From: an uncultured Pelagibacteraceae bacterium
GTDB lineage: Bacteria; Pseudomonadota; Alphaproteobacteria; Pelagibacterales; Pelagibacteraceae
Direction of reading: 5' to 3'
DNA: 64,000 bases
Assembly: GCA_902595285.1 (NCBI GenBank)
Contig: CACJPL010000001.1
Location: forward strand, 72,043 to 136,042
Shown here piece after piece: positions 40,571 through 49,574 of the stretch; position 1 is the stretch's first letter; each line of letters starts with the position of its first letter. Below the pieces are notes generated by a model, which was not told the origin of the DNA, searched no databases, and was given only the letters and a program-made list of their open reading frames with translations. Position numbers and translations under genes: made by a program.

Positions 40571-41580
40571 TGGCAAAGGTCGAATTAAAAAATTTATTTA
40601 AAACATATAATAAAAAAATTAAAGCCTTGGAAGATATAAATCTTACGATTGAAGATGGTCAATTTTTTGTATTACTTGGTCCTTCAGGTGCTGGAAAAAC
40701 TACAACACTTAGATGTATAGCTGGTTTGGAAAAAATTGATTCTGGAGATGTATTATTTAATGATGAAAATATAACACATGATCAACCTGCTTCAAGAGAT
40801 GTAACTTTTGTTTTTCAACAATACTCTCTTTATCCTCATTATACCGTTTATGAAAATCTTGCTTTTCCATTAAGGTCACCAATGAGAAAACTTCCTGAGG
40901 AAGAAATAAAAAATAAAGTTGAGAAAATTGCTGAAATGCTCAAAATTACAAACAAATTAAAAAATAAAGCAACTCAACTTTCAGGTGGAGAAATGCAAAG
41001 AGTAGCTATTGGTAGAGCTCTTGTTCGCGAACCAAATATTTATTTAATGGACGAACCACTATCCTCATTAGATGCTAAACTAAGAGAAACCCTTAGAGTT
41101 GAATTAAAAAATATTCAATTAAATCTAAACGCTACTATTTTGTATGTTACACATGATCAGGCTGAAGCAACAACATTGGCAGATAAAATTGGAGTTTTAA
41201 AAGAGGGCAAAATTGTTCAAATTGGAACTCCTGAAGAAATTTATGAAAATCCAAATTCAATTTATGTATCCCAAAGATTAGGGTCACCAAAAATAAATAT
41301 TTTACCTGGTTTTTTGTTTAAACTAGATAACAACATACCAAAAATTGGACTTAGACCAGAAAATATAAATTTAGGTGATGGACCATACGAAGGAAAGATT
41401 ATTTCTATAGAAAATTTAGGTTCAGAGACTGTTGTGGCTATTAATTTTCAAGACAATGAAATATTAGCTTCAATTCAGGGTAACTATAAATCATCAATAA
41501 ATGAAAAAATTAATTTTGACATTAATATGAATAAAGTTTTAAAATTTGATAACGGAGACCAAAGAATATATGAGCGTTAA
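40570..41580 (+). CDS. Sugar ABC ATPase (second subunit)
   Basis: GPSGAGKTT, LSGGEMQR, MDEPLS. Confidence 0.93.
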   Translation: MAKVELKNLFKTYNKKIKALEDINLTIEDGQFFVLLGPSGAGKTTTLRCIAGLEKIDSGDVLFNDENITHDQPASRDVTFVFQQYSLYPHYTVYENLAFPLRSPMRKLPEEEIKNKVEKIAEMLKITNKLKNKATQLSGGEMQRVAIGRALVREPNIYLMDEPLSSLDAKLRETLRVELKNIQLNLNATILYVTHDQAEATTLADKIGVLKEGKIVQIGTPEEIYENPNSIYVSQRLGSPKINILPGFLFKLDNNIPKIGLRPENINLGDGPYEGKIISIENLGSETVVAINFQDNEILASIQGNYKSSINEKINFDINMNKVLKFDNGDQRIYER

Positions 41581-42199
41581 TTTTTTAATTTCTCAAGCAA
41601 AAAATATTCAAATAGTCATTAATGAAAATGCAGCAGAAATTGAGGCGCTAGATCAAAATATTGGAGATGGGGATCATATATTTAATGTGCAAAGAGGTCT
41701 TAAGTTAGTAGTTGAGCTTGAAAATGATATTAAAAACCTACCTTTACAAAAAGGCTTAAATATGATTGCTATGAAAGTCTTGTCAGGTATTGGTGGCTCA
41801 TCTGGAGCTTTGTTTGGAACTTTCTTTATGTCTATGGCTAAAACACCAGATCTAGATAAAGATATAAATTTTAAGAAAGCATGTGAAATGGTTATAACAG
41901 GAATTAATGCAATGAAGGAAAGGGGGAAAGCTGATGTTGGAGAAAAAACAATGATGGATGTTTTAATTCCAGTATCAGAAAAACTTAATGAATTAAAAAG
42001 TGGCAATACGGATATGAAAGAAGGGTTAAGTGAAATAATAAAAATAGCCGAAGATAGAATGTTAGGAACAAAAGATATGCTTGCTACAAAAGGTAGAGCT
42101 TCATTTTTAGGAGAACGTGCCAAAGGTCATATAGATCCAGGGGCTCGTTCATCACAACTTATAATCGATACAATATGCAAATCACTAATTAATCAATAG
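41570..42199 (+). CDS. dhaL: Dihydroxyacetone kinase ADP-binding subunit
   Basis: LDQNIGDGDH, GGSSG, GEKTMMD, KGRASFLGER, DPGA. Likely ATG at 41570. Confidence 0.9.
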   Translation: MSVNFLISQAKNIQIVINENAAEIEALDQNIGDGDHIFNVQRGLKLVVELENDIKNLPLQKGLNMIAMKVLSGIGGSSGALFGTFFMSMAKTPDLDKDINFKKACEMVITGINAMKERGKADVGEKTMMDVLIPVSEKLNELKSGNTDMKEGLSEIIKIAEDRMLGTKDMLATKGRASFLGERAKGHIDPGARSSQLIIDTICKSLINQ

Positions 42200-42207
42200 G
42201 AGGAAAT

Positions 42208-43200
42208 ATGAAAAAATTTATAAATAATGTTGATGATTTTTTAAAAGAAAGTCTTAATGGATTTGGTAAAGCCCACAATAATATAATTAAAGTAAATTTT
42301 GAGCCAAACTTTATTTCTAGAAATACAAAAACAAAAGAGGGAAAAGTATCTTTAATTTCAGGTGGAGGAAGTGGACATGAACCAATGCACGGTGGTTTTG
42401 TTGGTCATGGAATGTTAGATGCAGCATGTCCAGGTTTTGTTTTTTCTGCACCTACTCCAGATCAAATGCAAGCAGCTGCTGAACATGTAGATAGTGGTGC
42501 AGGTGTTTTATTTATAGTTAAAAATTATTCTGGAGATATTATGAATTTTCAAATGGGAGCAGAAATGTATTCTGGTAAAAATGACAGCATCATTACTAAT
42601 GACGATGTAGCCGTTGAAGATTCTACATTCACAACAGGTAGACGAGGTGTAGCCGCAACAGTTTTAGTCGAAAAAATTGTTGGATCTCTTGCTGAAAATG
42701 GAGGTTCATTAGAAGAATGTAAAAAACTTGGTGAAAAAGTAAATAAAAACTCAGGTACTATGGGAGTTGCTTTTACTAGTTGCACTGTTCCTGCCGCAGG
42801 AAAACCGACCTTTGATATTGGAAATGATGAAATGGAATTTGGAGTAGGTATTCATGGTGAACCTGGAAGAAAGAGAGAAAAAATTCAACCATCAAAAACA
42901 ATAGTAAACAACATGTTAGAAGCTATACTTGATGATTTAAAACCTCAAAAAAATGAAAAGACACTCCTTTTTGTGAATGGTATGGGCGGAACTCCTCTTA
43001 CTGAATTATATTTAGTATACGATGATGCTTGTGAAATTTTAAAATCTAAAGGAATTGAAATTACACGAAGTTTAGTAGGTAATTATTGTACATCACTTGA
43101 AATGCAAGGAGCATCCATAACACTTCTAAAAGGTGATGAGGAAATTTTAAAAAATTGGGATTCACCTGTTCATACTGCAGCTATGCGTTGGGGTATGTAG
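42208..43200 (+). CDS. dhaK: Dihydroxyacetone kinase substrate-binding subunit
   Basis: SGGGSGHEP, KNYSGD, GIHGEPG, TSLEM. Confidence 0.93.
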   Translation: MKKFINNVDDFLKESLNGFGKAHNNIIKVNFEPNFISRNTKTKEGKVSLISGGGSGHEPMHGGFVGHGMLDAACPGFVFSAPTPDQMQAAAEHVDSGAGVLFIVKNYSGDIMNFQMGAEMYSGKNDSIITNDDVAVEDSTFTTGRRGVAATVLVEKIVGSLAENGGSLEECKKLGEKVNKNSGTMGVAFTSCTVPAAGKPTFDIGNDEMEFGVGIHGEPGRKREKIQPSKTIVNNMLEAILDDLKPQKNEKTLLFVNGMGGTPLTELYLVYDDACEILKSKGIEITRSLVGNYCTSLEMQGASITLLKGDEEILKNWDSPVHTAAMRWGM

Positions 43201-43254
43201 AAATAATTTTATTTTTCGCTAATATTCGCATTTAATGACTTAATCACTAGGAAA

Positions 43255-44187
43255 ATGAAAAATAATAAAAAAATCTTAATATCAGAATTCATCAATCAAA
43301 ATAGTTTAGAAAATTTAAATAAAAAATTTGATGTCAAGTATGATCAAAAATTATGTGAAAATAAAATAGAACTAGAAACAATAATTAAAGACTATGATTG
43401 TCTAATTGTAAGAAATAAAACTCAAGTAAATTCAAACATGTTAAAAAAAGCATTAAAATTAAAATTTATTGGGAGGCTAGGTGTTGGTTTAGATAATATT
43501 GATATAGAATATTGCAAAAATAATAATATTCATGTTCAACCTGCTACAGGAATGAATGCAGACTCTGTTGCTGAATATGTTGTTTCTTCATCAATGTCTC
43601 TTATTAAAAAAATTCCAATGTTTCATAACGGAACTATCAATGGTGAATGGCCAAGAACAACTATTAAATCTATAGAAATAAAACAAAAGTATCTAGGAAT
43701 AATAGGATTTGGTACAATTGGAAAAAAAGTTGCTGAGTATTCTTCAAAAAATGGTTTAAAGATTTTAGCTTACGACCCTTATGTTAAGGAAATAAATAAT
43801 AAAGAAATTGATACTAAATTATCAAGTTTAAATGAGATATATGAAAAATCAGATATTATATCAATACACCTGCCTCTAACAGATGAAACCAAAAATATGA
43901 TAAATAAATCGTCATTTGCTCTAATGAAAAATAAACCAATTATAATAAATACCTCTAGAGGGAGTATTATAAACGAGATTGATTTAATTGAAGCTTACAA
44001 TAAAAATAATATTTCTGGCTTTGCTCTAGATGTGTTTGAAAAAGAACCAATAGAGAGTGAATTTTATAACAAAATAAAACCAGGTATGAATTGTATATTA
44101 ACACCTCATATTTCTGGTGTGACAACAGAGTCAAACATTAGAGTAAGTGACTTTATAGTTAAAAAAATTACAGATTTTTTTAACTAA
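43255..44187 (+). CDS. slcC: D-2-hydroxyacid dehydrogenase, (S)-sulfolactate dehydrogenase-like
   Basis: ILISEF, LIVRNKTQV, GRLGVGLDNID, PATG.N..SVAEYV, GEWPR, TPHISGVT.ESN.R recall the SlcC subfamily. Confidence 0.65.
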   Translation: MKNNKKILISEFINQNSLENLNKKFDVKYDQKLCENKIELETIIKDYDCLIVRNKTQVNSNMLKKALKLKFIGRLGVGLDNIDIEYCKNNNIHVQPATGMNADSVAEYVVSSSMSLIKKIPMFHNGTINGEWPRTTIKSIEIKQKYLGIIGFGTIGKKVAEYSSKNGLKILAYDPYVKEINNKEIDTKLSSLNEIYEKSDIISIHLPLTDETKNMINKSSFALMKNKPIIINTSRGSIINEIDLIEAYNKNNISGFALDVFEKEPIESEFYNKIKPGMNCILTPHISGVTTESNIRVSDFIVKKITDFFN

Positions 44188-45262
44188 TTATTTCCTCTAG
44201 ATTTATTAATCGACCTTGTTTTATTGATTGCTCTGCAGCCTCTCCCACAGCAACAGCAACTAAACCATCCTCTAATGAAACCTCTGGATCTGAATTATTT
44301 TCAATAGCTTTCAAAAAAGCTAAGTGTTCGTAGTAAGTGGATCCATGATGGTTGCCGGCTTCAATAATTTTTTTATCTACGTCAATATTTTCAATGTGTG
44401 TTTTACCATCTCTCATTCCAATTCTTAGGTTTGATGAAGTTTTACCTGAATCATTAGAGGGTACTGAAGTTTCAATTTTTCCTTTATTTCCAGTAGCCAC
44501 AAGCTCTTCTTGCATGTCAGAATTTTCTGCAAACATACAAAGCTCAAGCAAACTTCTTGCTCCATTTTCAAAATTTACAATCACATAGGCATTATCAATG
44601 ATGTCTGATTTTTTGCCATTATACACTTCATCTAAATGGTTAACGTCTTGACCGCCACTTGCATAAACACTGAGCGGCTTACTTTGAATAATCAATCTCA
44701 TTAAATCAAAGAAATGGCAGCATTTTTCAACAAGTGTACCACCAGTATTTTCTTCAAAACGATTCCAATCATTTACTTTCTTTAAAAAAGGAAATCTATG
44801 TTCCCTTATGGTTAAAGTTTTTAAATCACCTATTTTGTTATTATGAATTTCATTAATAAACTTTGAAACTGGTGGCATATATCTATACTCCATTGCAGTC
44901 CAAAATACTGAAGGATAATCTTTTGTTAATTTTTTTATTTGTAAACAATCTTTTGTATTAGTGCATAATGGTTTTTCTACTAATATGTGTTTTTTAGTTT
45001 TAATTACATCTTTCAAGATTTCTATATGAGTAAAGTTAGGAGATGAAATTAAATATACATCAACAATATTTTTTTCAATCATTTCTAAATGATTTTTAAA
45101 ACAAGAAACTTTTGTTTTTAAAATTTTATTACACTGATTTAATGAATCTTCATGAGGATCAGCAAGTGCAACTACTTCGGCATTATCAATTAATGATATA
45201 TTTAAAATATGTTCTCGAGCCATTGTCCCTGCTCCAATAATTCCATATTTTATTTTTTTCAT
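44180..45262 (-). CDS. sqgA: Gfo/Idh/MocA-fold NAD+-dependent sulfoquinovosidase-like (GH188)
   Basis: MEYRY, EHRFPFLKKV (R-x3-L-x-K), DWNRF, VEKCCHFFDL, HHGST. Family fold is certain; GH188 assignment is from motif recall. Confidence 0.7.
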   Translation of the reverse strand: MKKIKYGIIGAGTMAREHILNISLIDNAEVVALADPHEDSLNQCNKILKTKVSCFKNHLEMIEKNIVDVYLISSPNFTHIEILKDVIKTKKHILVEKPLCTNTKDCLQIKKLTKDYPSVFWTAMEYRYMPPVSKFINEIHNNKIGDLKTLTIREHRFPFLKKVNDWNRFEENTGGTLVEKCCHFFDLMRLIIQSKPLSVYASGGQDVNHLDEVYNGKKSDIIDNAYVIVNFENGARSLLELCMFAENSDMQEELVATGNKGKIETSVPSNDSGKTSSNLRIGMRDGKTHIENIDVDKKIIEAGNHHGSTYYEHLAFLKAIENNSDPEVSLEDGLVAVAVGEAAEQSIKQGRLINLEEIIS

Positions 45263-45292
45263 ATTCTGTTTGTATCAGTTTAATTTAAAAAC

Positions 45293-47056
45293 TTAATCAA
45301 TACTTAAACCGCTTGGCACTTTATCTGGTTTACCTAGCGGTCTCTGATTTCCACTTCTGCCAGTTAAAGATTCGAGGAAAGAAACAAGTTGATTAATTTC
45401 TTTATCATTCAATTCTATAGGCTGTATATCAATGCTTGATAGAATTCTGTCTTGTTCCCTTTTGTCTGAAAAAGTTACAAAATCAATTTTCTCTAACCAA
45501 GGTGCCTTAGGTAAATTTGCATATTCATATTTCCAATTCTTGTTCATTTTTATTGGATTTAAATGATGCGAAATTATTGATTTTAAAGTTGGATAAGCAC
45601 CATTATGACCGTAAGGAGCTGTTAAGGAAACGTTTCTTAATGCTGGCGTTTTAAATTTATACATGTCGTTTACATTGTCCGTTTCAACCATTCTTCCAAC
45701 ATCACGTGCATAAGGATCAAAAGGCCTTGTTCTTCCAGGACCAAATTGGGGAATTCCTATTGAATGAAATTTTTGATCTGACAACAAAGATCCTGAATGA
45801 CAAGAACTACAGTTTGCTTTTCCATAAAATAAATTCATCCCATTTATTTGCTTTAAAGTTAAAGCTTGTTTATTTCCATTTAAATATTCATCAAAGGGAG
45901 AGTCAAAAGATGTCCATTCATGAATTTCAAATGCAGCAATTGAATTAACAATATGTGTAATGTTAATATCTAAAGGACTGTTAACATCATCAAAAGCATT
46001 TTTAAATAACTCAACATACTCTGGAATTCCTCTAATCCTGTGAGTGATTACAGGCCATACTCTGTCAATTCTCATACTATCTTTTCCAACTTTTGAGACC
46101 AAACCTATAATTTCATTTTCACCCGGATTTCCTGCCATCTCAAACTGTCTTGTCATTGGAAATAAAGCTTGAACTGCAACTATATTATCAAGTCCTTTAG
46201 GAAGAGCTTCTTGAGCAGGGGTATTAAAACCGTTACCAAATATATTCGATTTAGTTACCCTTCCATCATGCAACAAAGTAGTTATCTCTTTAAATCCTAA
46301 ATTCCATAAAGCTAATGCATTTCTTGGAATTCGTTTTTTTATTTTATCATCACCTTTGCCTGCAGTTCTCTCCAATCCTATACCTTGACCTCCTTCACCA
46401 ATGCCTAATGAAAGTCCATCAGAACCACCTAAATCATGGCTATGGCAAGTTGCACAAGCAATATTTCGATTTGCAGATAAAATTTTATCATGAAATAAAA
46501 GTCTTCCAATTTTAACTTTTTCTATATCAACTTCATGAAAATCTTCGCTCTTTAATGGTTTTGGTAAATCAGTTGCGTAAGTTTTATTTACTGAAATTAA
46601 AAATGGAATTATAAATATTATTATTTTTAAATGATTAAATATCTTTTTATACTTTTGCTTCTTCCATCCATAGTTTTTGCAGAAATAGAAAATGCTCGAG
46701 ATTTGATGGAAGAAGGAAAATTTAAAGAAGCTATGGAAGAACTTATGCCAGCAGCTAGATCTGGTAATGCTGATGCTGAAGAACTTATTGGCATTATGTA
46801 TGCTATGGGTCTTGGTGTTGAAAGAGATGATATCAGAGCTTTTGAATGGTATCTCAGATCTTCTATGAAAGGTCATCCTGGTGCTCAATCTGGTGTTGGG
46901 TGGTATTACGAAATTGGCAGAGGACTTCCTGCTCCCGATCTTGTTAGAGCTTATATGTGGTATGGTTTGTCTGCTATTGGTGGAGATCCTGATGCCGCAA
47001 TTTCTCAGGAAGAAGTTATTAAAAAAATGACTCCTGAACAAATTGAAAAAGCTCAT
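45293..47056 (-). CDS. Diheme cytochrome c peroxidase/MauG-family protein with a 142-codon N-terminal leader antisense to the Sel1 gene
   Basis: GRLLFHDKILS, CATCH, PRNA.ALWN, CSSCH, FKTPALRNV.LTAPYGHNG. A signal-like segment starts at 46630, but in-frame ATG/TTG codons occur only at 46876, 46888, 47041 and 47056. Start uncertain. Confidence 0.85.
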   Translation of the reverse strand: MSFFNLFRSHFFNNFFLRNCGIRISTNSRQTIPHISSNKIGSRKSSANFVIPPNTRLSTRMTFHRRSEIPFKSSDIISFNTKTHSIHNANKFFSISITRSSCWHKFFHSFFKFSFFHQISSIFYFCKNYGWKKQKYKKIFNHLKIIIFIIPFLISVNKTYATDLPKPLKSEDFHEVDIEKVKIGRLLFHDKILSANRNIACATCHSHDLGGSDGLSLGIGEGGQGIGLERTAGKGDDKIKKRIPRNALALWNLGFKEITTLLHDGRVTKSNIFGNGFNTPAQEALPKGLDNIVAVQALFPMTRQFEMAGNPGENEIIGLVSKVGKDSMRIDRVWPVITHRIRGIPEYVELFKNAFDDVNSPLDINITHIVNSIAAFEIHEWTSFDSPFDEYLNGNKQALTLKQINGMNLFYGKANCSSCHSGSLLSDQKFHSIGIPQFGPGRTRPFDPYARDVGRMVETDNVNDMYKFKTPALRNVSLTAPYGHNGAYPTLKSIISHHLNPIKMNKNWKYEYANLPKAPWLEKIDFVTFSDKREQDRILSSIDIQPIELNDKEINQLVSFLESLTGRSGNQRPLGKPDKVPSGLSID

Positions 47057-47101
47057 ATTCTCATAAAAGATTATAAATCCTGGATATACCCTTTTAGATA
47101 A
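46631..47101 (+). CDS. Exported Sel1-repeat (TPR-like) protein
   Basis: Signal peptide (..VFA), Sel1 repeats GNADA..LIGIMYAMGLGVERD..RAFEWY and GHPGAQ..VGWYYEIGRGL..DLVRAYMWY, MTPEQI cap. Confidence 0.9.
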   Translation: MIKYLFILLLLPSIVFAEIENARDLMEEGKFKEAMEELMPAARSGNADAEELIGIMYAMGLGVERDDIRAFEWYLRSSMKGHPGAQSGVGWYYEIGRGLPAPDLVRAYMWYGLSAIGGDPDAAISQEEVIKKMTPEQIEKAHILIKDYKSWIYPFR

Positions 47102-47129
47102 TGAGGCGAACTAAAATCCGCCCCATTAT
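47098..47129 (-). other. Stem-loop after dctP, lacking a U-tract (likely mRNA-stabilising, read-through)
   Basis: Minus strand ATAATGGGGCGGA-ttttag-TTCGCCTCATTAT pairs fully only on the minus strand (two G-U pairs), and is followed by CTAAAAGGG rather than Us. Confidence 0.65.
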
Positions 47130-47141
47130 ATTAATTTAAAA

Positions 47142-48194
47142 TTACAAATCTTTTTTGTATGCGCTCGATGCTCTTTTCTCTGCACTTGCTACTGCTTTAG
47201 TTAAAGCGTTGAAAATTTCTTTTCCACCTTTAACATTAGCTTTAAACCAATCATAGACTGGGCTAGCTTCTTTTTTAAAACTAGCTTTTTGATCAGGCGT
47301 AGGAACATATAAATCTCCACCACCTGCTACAAAGTCCTCATAAGCTTTGATTGATTTTCTTTTAGGAGAAGCAAAAGTTGCTTGCTGCAAAGCATAAAAA
47401 CCATCAGTCACAACTTTTTTAAGATCTGTTGACATAGATTCGTATTTTGCATTATTCATCCACCATAATGCTCCCATGTATGCATGACCGTCTAAAGTAA
47501 CATATTTTAGACCTGCATCAGGAAACTTCATGTTCATAATGTCAGTAATTCCATTTTTAGAACCTTCAACTACACCAGTTTGAAATGATGTAAATAATTC
47601 AGGCCATGGAATAGGAGTTGGAGATGCACCTAAGGCTCTTACAAGTTCTTGGGGTAAATCTGCTACAACTGTTCTGATTTTTAAACCTTTCATATCAGAT
47701 GGATTTGCAACTCTTCTTTTTGTGTTAGCAAAATTTCTCCATCCTCCAGTATTTCCTATTGTCATCAATCTAATTGAGTCATTAGAATCTTTCAGAGCCA
47801 TTTTTCTCATTGTTCTTACAAAATCACCCTGCATTACATCTTCTGCAATTCTGTCATCAGCCATTAGATAAGGTAAATCTAAAACTTGAACATATGGGAA
47901 TACACCTGCTGCACCTCCCGAAGTAGAAATATAAATATCTATACTTCCATCAGATACACCTTGTAAACACTCAGCACCTTTTGAACAAAGCTGAGTTCCT
48001 ACAAATAATTCAACAGCTATTTTTCCATTTGAAGCTGCTTCTACGTAGTTTTTAAATACTACAGCACCATCATAATCTTCATCTTGATCATTAGAGTTCA
48101 TTGTCATTCTCAAGTTATAATCTGCAGCTGAAACAGATGCAGTAAAACTAATTAAGAATAATAATGAAAAAAATGATTTTATTATTTTACTCAT
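47142..48194 (-). CDS. dctP: TRAP transporter substrate-binding protein
   Basis: Signal peptide, DLPY, GWRN, MKGLKIR (conserved anion-binding Arg), ELFTSFQTGVVEG. Confidence 0.92.
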   Translation of the reverse strand: MSKIIKSFFSLLFLISFTASVSAADYNLRMTMNSNDQDEDYDGAVVFKNYVEAASNGKIAVELFVGTQLCSKGAECLQGVSDGSIDIYISTSGGAAGVFPYVQVLDLPYLMADDRIAEDVMQGDFVRTMRKMALKDSNDSIRLMTIGNTGGWRNFANTKRRVANPSDMKGLKIRTVVADLPQELVRALGASPTPIPWPELFTSFQTGVVEGSKNGITDIMNMKFPDAGLKYVTLDGHAYMGALWWMNNAKYESMSTDLKKVVTDGFYALQQATFASPKRKSIKAYEDFVAGGGDLYVPTPDQKASFKKEASPVYDWFKANVKGGKEIFNALTKAVASAEKRASSAYKKDL

Positions 48195-48284
48195 AATTAT
48201 TTCCCTCTCATTAAATATTTATGTATGAAAACTATACTTAAAATGAATTAGAGAGTCTATCGACTAGTAAAAAAATATTCAAAT

Positions 48285-49574
48285 TTACTTAGCGAATCCA
48301 GTAAGCAAAGGAATTGTCATCGAGATTGATGGAAAATATGTTATTAAAAATATAACTATAGCTTCAACTGCCAGAAATGGCAATATAGCTTTTGCTATTG
48401 TTTCAACTCTTTCACCAGATACAGAGGATGCAACAAATAAGACAAGACCCATAGGTGGAGTTGCTAAACCGACTGTCAAATTAACCGACATTATTATTGC
48501 AAAATGCACAGGATGAACTCCTAGCTCAACAAAAACTGGTCCAAGAATTGGTCCTAAGATAATTATCGCTGGGCCTGCATCTAAAAACATTCCAACAACA
48601 AATAATAAAATATTTATAAGAAACAATAAAACATAAGGGTTGTCAGTTAATCCTAAAACGAACGCAGCAAGATGCTCAGGTGCATGAGATAAGCTAACAA
48701 CAGTTTTAAAAGCCATTGCAGCACCAACTAAAAGTAGGACAACTGAAGATACCATTGCTGCTTTTGTCATTACTTTAGGAACATCTTTCCATTTTAATGA
48801 TTTTAAAACAAATAGACCTATAAACATTGCGTAAGCAGCTGCTACAGCTGATGCTTCTGTTGGAGTAAAAATTCCACCAAGAATACCACCTAAAATTATT
48901 ACTGGTGTCATCAAAGGAAAAAAAGCTTTTAGAGATGCCTTGCCTCTTTGGCCCCAGGTTGTTTTTTCGGTCACAGCTGGAAAATTATATCTCTTGGCCA
49001 TAAATTTTATTGTGACCATCAAACTAACTCCTACTAAAATACCAGGTACAATTCCTGCTAAAAATAATGCTGCAACACTCTCACCCATCACATAAGCATA
49101 AATAATCATTATCCCTGAGGGTGGAATTATGGGTCCAATTACTGAACTCGCTGCTGTAATTGCAGCAGCAAATTTTTTTGTATAACCTTGCTTTTCCATT
49201 GCAGGAATAAGCATAGACCCAATTGCTGAAGTATCAGCTACAGCTGAACCAGATAAACCTGCAAACAACATTGAAGTCAATACATTAACATGAGCCAAAC
49301 CACCTTTTAAATGACCCATCATTGCCTGACTAAACTCTACAAGACGATGTGTTATTCCTCCTCTATTCATCAACTCGCCAGCTAACATAAAAAAAGGTAT
49401 GGCCATAAGTGGGAAGCTGTCAATTCCATTATAAATATTTCTATAAAGCATTGCACCATCTCTGGCCTGGTCATTTAACCAAAGTAAAATTCCTGGTGCA
49501 GCTAACAAACCAAAAAATACTGGTAAGCCAATTAATAAAAATAATAAAAACAAAGGAAGAAACCAAACTAACAT
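48285..49574 (-). CDS. dctM: TRAP large permease
   Basis: AIPFFMLAGELM, SGSAVAD, IIPPS, FTPTEA, TPPMG. Confidence 0.95.
   Translation of the reverse strand: MLVWFLPLFLLFLLIGLPVFFGLLAAPGILLWLNDQARDGAMLYRNIYNGIDSFPLMAIPFFMLAGELMNRGGITHRLVEFSQAMMGHLKGGLAHVNVLTSMLFAGLSGSAVADTSAIGSMLIPAMEKQGYTKKFAAAITAASSVIGPIIPPSGIMIIYAYVMGESVAALFLAGIVPGILVGVSLMVTIKFMAKRYNFPAVTEKTTWGQRGKASLKAFFPLMTPVIILGGILGGIFTPTEASAVAAAYAMFIGLFVLKSLKWKDVPKVMTKAAMVSSVVLLLVGAAMAFKTVVSLSHAPEHLAAFVLGLTDNPYVLLFLINILLFVVGMFLDAGPAIIILGPILGPVFVELGVHPVHFAIIMSVNLTVGLATPPMGLVLFVASSVSGERVETIAKAILPFLAVEAIVIFLITYFPSISMTIPLLTGFAK

Noticed and set aside
41674-42123. Long antisense ORFs (also 38422-38847, 28997-29410, 21110-21517, 49800-50195, 15299-15661, 30898-31239)
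   Set aside because: Typical shadows of real genes in the stop-poor offset antisense frame; no motifs and not fused to any recognisable domain.
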